From: Eledone cirrhosa
Taxonomy: Eukaryota
Assembly: GCA_964016885.1 (NCBI GenBank)
Contig: OZ024744.1
Coordinates: 75,702,001 to 75,766,000, forward strand
DNA: 64,000 nucleotides
Reading direction: 5' to 3'
The notes under the pieces were generated by a model, which did not search any database, had not been told where the DNA came from, and saw nothing but the letters and a program-made list of their open reading frames with translations. The position numbers and the translations under genes are program-made. Shown here in pieces: positions 57,455 through 64,000 of this stretch (its first letter is position 1; the number at the start of each line of letters is the position of its first letter).

Positions 57455-57896
57455 TATTGTTGTTGTTGTTGTTTTTGTTGTTGCGCTTCTTGCTTGTTTT
57501 GCCTTCTTTGTTGTTGTGTTTTGTAGTGATGCTCATATTTGTTATCTTTGTTATTGTTGTTATTGTTTTTGTTGTTGTTTTTGTTACTGTTTTTTTGTTA
57601 ATTTGTTGATGCAGTAGTGGACTTTTTTGTTTTGTTTTGTTAATATTGTTTTTTTTTTGTAGTTATGGTTGTTGTTTTCTTTTTGTTGTTGTTGTCGTTT
57701 ATTAAGTAGACATGACGGCGGCCATCTTAGCAATTTTTCTTGCAACGGTTATTGTTATTGTTGTAGTTGACGTTGCTGCTATGGCTTTGACTGCTTCTGC
57801 TGCTGCTGCAGTTGCTGATGGTTCTGTTGCTGCTGCTACTGATGATGATAATAATAATTATGATGATGATGATGATAATGATGATGATGGTGATGT

Positions 57897-57930
<34 letters not shown>

Positions 57931-58153
57931 GATGTTGATGATGGTGGTGGTGGTGGTGGTGATGTTGATGATGATGATGATGGTGGCGGTGGTGGTGGTG
58001 ATGTTGATGATGATGATGATGGTGGCGGTGGTAGTGGTGATGTTGATGATGATGGTGGTGGTGATGGTGATGATGATGATGATGATGATGACGATGGTGA
58101 TGATGATGGTAATGTTGCTGTTGCTGCTGCTACTGATGATGATGATAATAATT

Positions 58154-58198
<45 letters not shown>

Positions 58199-58450
58199 GT
58201 GATGATGATGGTGATGATGATGATGATGATGATAATGGTGGTGATGATGATGGTGGTGGTGGTGGTGGTGTTGACGATGATGGTAATGTTGCTGCTGCTG
58301 CTGCTGCTGCTTTTGCTGCGGCTGCTGCTGCTGCTGATGATCATCATGATGACGACGACGACGACAACGGTGATGATGATGGTGTTCATGAATATGATCA
58401 CGACGCCGACGATGATGATGATAATGATGACGATGCAAATGTTGGTAATG
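57455..58450. repeat. (GTT)n/(GAT)n/(GGT)n/(GCT)n low-complexity tract
   Basis: Direct reading of the sequence. Confidence 0.95.
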
Positions 58451-58537
58451 TAGGTGCTGATACTTATAGAGATGGTCGTTGGTGGACAGTATTGCTTTGG
58501 TGTTGGCCACAGTTATTATTAATATACCCATAATAAG

Positions 58538-58992
58538 GGCGGTGGATTGGCAGTATCGGTAGAGCGTCAGTCGCCATGCTTTGCAGTATAGAGTTACGGC
58601 CCTTTGTGTTTTGAGTTCAAATCCCGCTGAGGTTAGATTTGTCTTTCACCCTTATGGGGGGGGGTCGATAAAATAAAGTACCAGTAACGCACTGGGGTCG
58701 ATTAAATCGACTCTCCCCTCCACCAAAACTGCTGGCTTTGTGCCGTCATTCAGATTGGTAGAGGGTCGGACGCCCTCCTTTGTCGCATAGTTACGGCCCT
58801 TGCCATTCTGAGTTCAAATCCCGCCGAGGTTAACTTTGCCTTTCATCCTTACGGTGTCGATAAAATAAAGTACCACCCGTAAGGATGAAAGACAAAGTGA
58901 ACCACAGCTGGATTTGAACTCAGACCGTAAAGGGACGTAACTATGCTGGAAAGCATGGCGTCCTACTCTCTACCGACACTGCCAATCCACCG
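58538..58992. mobile_element. Three SINE family 1 copies (two plus, one minus; the last two fused tail-to-tail at about 58875)
   Basis: Consensus matches. Confidence 0.8.
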
Positions 58993-59091
58993 TAGGTGTA
59001 GTAATAACGATATTGCTATAGATGGATTAGTTACTGCATTGGCAGCGCTGTTGGTGAGGAAATTGTGTGGTTATGGTAGTTTCTGTTATTG

Positions 59092-59152
<61 letters not shown>

Positions 59153-59171
59153 AGTATTATCATTATTATTG

Positions 59172-59546
59172 TTCTTTGAGACTCAGTCATTGATGTTAGT
59201 TAACTGGAAAGTTTGTTGAAATGAATATCAACCCACTACCTGCAGCCTCAGATATTCAGGACGTATCGGAGGGTTCTTGCTGTTCCCAGCAAGCATGCCT
59301 TTTGAAGTGTTCCAAAAAGCGGGGCGGGACCAATTTTCATTAACCATCCCTGGAAACTTTCTGAGATAGTACCTAGTGCGCCTATGACTTCTTGGCAGTT
59401 CCAAATCCTTTTTACGTCCCACTTTAAGTCCTGGTATCGGTTAATTTTCTCCCTCTCCTTCTCTTGCACTCTCGTGTCGAATGGGCAGGCCACATCCACA
59501 ATCAGGCACGATCCTTTTTCCTTGTCCAAAACCACCAGGTCAGGTC

Positions 59547-59547
<1 letters not shown>
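59172..59547 (-). mobile_element. Short 3' fragment of the same R4/Dong-like family
   Basis: SCLIVDVACPFDTRVQEKEREK...LRYVLNI* plus UTR. Flanked by ATT repeats. Confidence 0.9.
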
Positions 59548-59595
<48 letters not shown>

Positions 59596-59810
59596 GGCGA
59601 TCTACGTAGTAAATCGTATCATCGTGAGCTCCGCAAAGGTTTGTTCTTTTCAGTTGTTTAAGATTGCCATTCATGGAACATTTTTATTGTTAACTGTATA
59701 TAAGTGCACATACATTGATTTCTGAAAAGGACACTCAAAAATATTGGGGCCGTGAGCCCAAAATTTAAACTTTTTATAATTATCAAACAAAAATTTTTCT
59801 TTGAAAAATA

Positions 59811-61379
59811 ATGGATGACTCAGAGTCACTTCTTCCTCACAATCTAACACCTCATACCGACACCACCATTGTAAATATTGCTACGTTTGCCAACACTGGA
59901 AATGTAAGCAGTAGCAATATTTTAAATTTGTCTCAGGCAGACGTTCATTTCCCGCCATTACCAATGACTGCAGGTGTTAAAGCCGCCACCACCACCACCA
60001 CCGCGACAACCACCACCCCCACCAGCACCACAGCGACAACAGAAACAAAAGAAAAAAAATTAACTCGTGATATCGAAATGAATTCAACCAAAATGAACTC
60101 TTCCACACCGAACACCACTGACGCCACCACCACCACCACAACTGAAACTAAAATTAACAATAACAAAAATAACGATAACAACAACAACAGTAACAATGAA
60201 ATTAAGAAAACTACCCTGAGTTTTGCCAGAGTAGCAAAAACGTGCGAAGCGATCCAGGTAACTCAGGAGGAATTAGAAGAAGCCAAAGGAATGGTAAAGA
60301 AAGATGGGTACAGGGTCAGCCCCCCCCCCTCCACGCACACACCTAATAAAATGGAGCAACGTCGCCTATGCACCGTGTCTTATCGGACAATTAACATAAA
60401 ATCACGCCGAGTAGAACGGGCATCCGAGTCCCAAATCCAAAAAGCTTTGGGACATGTGTGGGCAAAAAAAACCCACATCAGACGTGGGCAGAAGTATGGA
60501 ACCGAGGACGTGTTCTTTGAAACACCACAGGAGGCCAGAGAACACTCCATGGCCCAATTAAGAAGTGACGACTTCACACTCATCCCAACCTATTGTGGCC
60601 AGAGACTTGTGAAGATCACGGTGATCCACGTTCCACTGGCCATCGAAATTCCCTGGCTAATGGCTGCCGTCCTCGCCGGCATCGAGGCCAACACCAAGAT
60701 AATTGAAATAGCGAAAGAAAAGCAGGAGAACTGGTCCGGATCTGGGATGGAGCTCCTGATCCAAGCGGACCATAAAAGCATTGAGGAGATCCCAGAGGTA
60801 ATAGACCTCACTGACGGCAGCCACCTCACCGTAATCGTCGAGGGCAGAAGACCTAGGTGTGTCGTTTGCGGTGAAGGAACCCACCTAAGGGCTTTCTGCC
60901 CTCAGAGTAAAAGGTTGAGGCCACCTCTCTTACCCACTCCAGTGACTCAACCATCAACACCACCAGCAGCAGAAATAGCAGCAACAACTGTAGCAGCAAC
61001 AACAGAAGCAACTGTAACAGCAACAACCCAAGCAACAGTAGCAAAACCAACACCACCACCACCCAACGCGCCAGAACTAGCACCAGCGCCTACAACATCC
61101 ACCACGCCACAATCAAAACCAACGCCTGTGGAGGATTTTCCACTCCCCGGCTTATCGCAACTGGAGACAGATTGTGACGACGAGGAGTGGGAAACGGTAT
61201 CAGGAAAAAAGAAAAAAAGAAACAAAAAAAGAAAAAATTATCTTCTTTCCCCCTCCAAAAACAAAATACAGAGGGAAACAAATAAATTATCAAACAAAAA
61301 GGTTAAGACAGATATGCGATCATCCACACCAGCATCACCAACCCCATCACCAAAACACCAACACCATCACCATCATTAA
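59811..61379 (+). CDS. LINE ORF1p with CX2CX4HX4C zinc knuckle
   Basis: 522-aa ORF with GRRPRCVVCGEGTHLRAFCP and W.TV..KKKK, upstream of the APE ORF. Confidence 0.8.
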   Translation: MDDSESLLPHNLTPHTDTTIVNIATFANTGNVSSSNILNLSQADVHFPPLPMTAGVKAATTTTTATTTTPTSTTATTETKEKKLTRDIEMNSTKMNSSTPNTTDATTTTTTETKINNNKNNDNNNNSNNEIKKTTLSFARVAKTCEAIQVTQEELEEAKGMVKKDGYRVSPPPSTHTPNKMEQRRLCTVSYRTINIKSRRVERASESQIQKALGHVWAKKTHIRRGQKYGTEDVFFETPQEAREHSMAQLRSDDFTLIPTYCGQRLVKITVIHVPLAIEIPWLMAAVLAGIEANTKIIEIAKEKQENWSGSGMELLIQADHKSIEEIPEVIDLTDGSHLTVIVEGRRPRCVVCGEGTHLRAFCPQSKRLRPPLLPTPVTQPSTPPAAEIAATTVAATTEATVTATTQATVAKPTPPPPNAPELAPAPTTSTTPQSKPTPVEDFPLPGLSQLETDCDDEEWETVSGKKKKRNKKRKNYLLSPSKNKIQRETNKLSNKKVKTDMRSSTPASPTPSPKHQHHHHH

Positions 61380-61808
61380 GCCCAACACCACCATCACCAA
61401 CACTACAAAAGTCACCAAAAAGCGAAACAGAAACAAACCCACAACAAACGCAAACAAAACAAAACAACCAAAACGATACACACTACACAGCATTAAATTT
61501 GAACAACAACCAATTATTATACTACATGCAACACAACACCAGCATCAGAGAAAAAGACTACACAACAACCCAAAAGTTCACACCACCTCCACACATACAA
61601 ATCACTCGCATCACACAGAAAACGTACACGACACTAAAACAAAAATTCCCCAAAGACATCGGAGACTTCCGACAAACACTCTCCAGGAGGATTTATAAGG
61701 ACATCCTTCCGGAGGAGGCTACAAGCAGTGAAAAGGATGGACAAACCATCCTTCCTCTACGAGAAGTAAGGTAAGTGGTCTTTCCCATCTTTTCCACTCC
61801 ATTTCAAC

Positions 61809-64000
61809 ATGACCTCACTCAGAATAGGCAGCATAAATACGCGTGGCTTGGAGTCTTCATGGAAGCAGGGCCACCTGCTCAACGACCTCAGCTCACTAAA
61901 CATAGATGTAGTGGCCATCAGCGAGACCAGAATCTCCGAAGCACGGGCCTTCGCACCGATCTTCGGCGGCTACGATGTGTACGCATCTCCAAGCCGTCAG
62001 GGATCGGGGGGAGGAGTTGCTGTGCTTTTTCGGAGAGGTTTGGATTTCGCCATATGGGCCATCTTCCTGGACCCAGAAGATAAGTTGGTGGTGCTAGACG
62101 TGACCAGCGGAGACGGGCAAGCTTTCAGGCTAGTGGCCGTCTATGCCCCGACAGGAGCAGAGCGGCCTGATTTCTTGCGGCGTCTGGAAACCTTTCTTGG
62201 AACGTCCCGCTCTTTAGTGTTAGTGGGCGACTGGAACGGGATCTTAGATGCACGTTGGGACTGTGTGGGATTAGCGGATAGGGGAGGAGGGTGTAAGAGC
62301 CTCACCAACCTGCTCAGGCGTTTTGCACTGTCTGACAGGTACCGATTGGATTTCTCGAATGTGCCAATGTGGACTTGGACAAATCGTATAGGGTCATCCA
62401 GATCATATCTAGATAGAGTATTTTGTAGAGAAATAGATAGGTCTAGCATAGGCTGTCCACAATTAAAGATGTTGGCCAAGGTGCTAGCGAAGAGGTTGGC
62501 GCTTGTCGTTGGTGGTCTGGTGGGAGAGGCGCAGACATGCGCCATTCCCGACAGATCCATCCACGACACCCTCCACCTCATGCGATACATCGTAGAGAGG
62601 GTAGCTAGGGAACCTGGCACGGGTGGGCCCTTGATCAATTTAGATCAGTCGAAAGCTTTCGATAGGGTCGACCATCGTTACCTAGCGGCAGTCCTGAGGG
62701 CGGCTGGCTTTAGGCCCGTCTTCAGAGGCTGGATCGCTGCCATGCACAGCGACATCTGCTCTGTGGTGAGAGTCAACGGTCACCTTTTAGAACCGTTCAA
62801 CATCATGCGCTCGGTCCGCCAAGGATATCCCCTCTCGTCCCTCTTGTACGTATTGACTCTCGAGCCATTACTGCACAAACTGGAGACATTGAGGGGGGTC
62901 CGCGCGAACTAGGATGCGGAAGATCCGTGTCAGCATATGTGGACGATGTCACCGTAGTGGTGTCAAACGCCAAACACATCGAGGCGATCGGCACTACACT
63001 AAAAGAATACGAAGTGGTGACAGGAGCAATGATCAGCCAGGAAAAGTCAGTAGGCCTGCTGCTCGGCACCTGGAGAGGCAGGTCCATGCCGTCCAACAAC
63101 GTCGTCGGGCGCTGGACGGACGGACCAGTTAAATTGCTCGGGGTCTGGTTCGGTCCGGACATCCAGACGGACAAAAACTTTGACGAGGTGACGAGCAGGG
63201 TGGCTTCTCTCACCCAGAAATGGGCCGAGAGGAAGCTATCCCTGAAAGGTCGAGCGGAGGTGGTTAACGCGTATATCGCGTCCGTCATCTACTACCGCCT
63301 GACCGCCGTACCTTGTCCTAAGCCCCGCCTGACTGCGCTGGAGCGTTTGCTCTTTCGCTTTTTTGTGGAAGGGACGCGCTCCGATGGTCAGGCGGTCCAT
63401 CTGCTGTCAACACACGCTACGTGGAGGGCTTGGCATGCCGTGGCTGATGATGCGCAGACACGCGCTGAGGCTACGACATCTGCACCTCTTCCTCGACGGT
63501 GATCAGGTGTGGTCTCCGTTTGCTAGACGCGTCTTTCCACAGCTCGTCTCCTTGACGAAGCTGCAGTCCTGGGTCAAGCGAAGACCGAGAGGGAGCGCTT
63601 GGAGACTGGAATGTCTTCAGGCGCTCACAGCCTTCGACCAATCGGGCAATGTGATCGGTGGAAACTCCACCTTGGCGTTCTATACAGGATTAGTGGAGGG
63701 AAAGAGCGACGACGTACTTGGGGAAACTCTAGGAGTCGACGAAAATCAACTAGCCAATCTCTTCGGAAGAACTTTCGAGCCGGGGCCTATGAACAACTTC
63801 CAGAAATCCCTGGCCTGGCAGTGCTACCGAGGAGCTTTGCCAGTTCGGGATAAACTCTACAGGCACGGAGGTGCCGTCAGCCGGGCATGTCCGAGATGCG
63901 CGCAGGGCGACGAAACCGTCCTGCACGCACTTGTCCAGTGTCTGAGCATTGCTAACTTGTGGGTTTATGTCGAACACCTGCTGTCGCGTGTGGGACGGAT
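61809..64000 (+). pseudogene. LINE ORF2 (APE endonuclease joined directly to mid-RT, with later frameshifts)
   Basis: SINTRGL, ISETR, AVYAP, GDWN and YLDRVF followed immediately by KMLAKVLAKRL, then YVDD. Confidence 0.85.

Larger units (their letters stand above)
59596..64000 (+). mobile_element. Tx1/L1-like LINE with 5'UTR, ORF1 and internally deleted ORF2 (runs off the window)
   Basis: Starts right after (ATT)n. Closely similar to 50767-54045. Confidence 0.9.

Noticed and set aside
57712-58533. Asp/Gly-rich 273-aa ORF with a signal-peptide-like start (biomineral-protein look-alike)
   Set aside because: Trinucleotide tract open in several frames on both strands, set among SINEs, with no other gene evidence.

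Overview
AT-rich, microsatellite-saturated eukaryotic DNA with no supportable host gene. The repeat content suggests an invertebrate, probably a cephalopod, but that is inference. Almost every ORF in the track is a microsatellite translation. The real content is mobile DNA: a decayed CR1/L2-group LINE (23.0-26.9 kb), a hATm-like DNA transposon remnant (29.2-31.2 kb), two Penelope-like (PLE) GIY-YIG remnants (32.4 and 41.2-42.0 kb), two Tx1/L1-like LINE copies (50.8-54.0 and 59.6-64.0 kb), R4/Dong-like RLE elements in (ATT)n (54.3-56.5 and 59.2-59.5 kb), about 20 tRNA-SINE copies, a non-autonomous RTE-derived family and several MITEs. The main hidden signal is non-coding. By eye I find 19 type I hammerhead ribozyme motifs with intact cores, in about 10 unrelated sequence contexts. 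One family forms a very homogeneous 424-bp tandem array (46.0-48.2 kb) with one minimal hammerhead per unit, resembling a non-LTR retrozyme. The array carries a 5' inversion whose inner junction lies about 4 nt from the predicted self-cleavage site, and the whole insert sits in (TA)n. All structures were read by eye and none were tested computationally.
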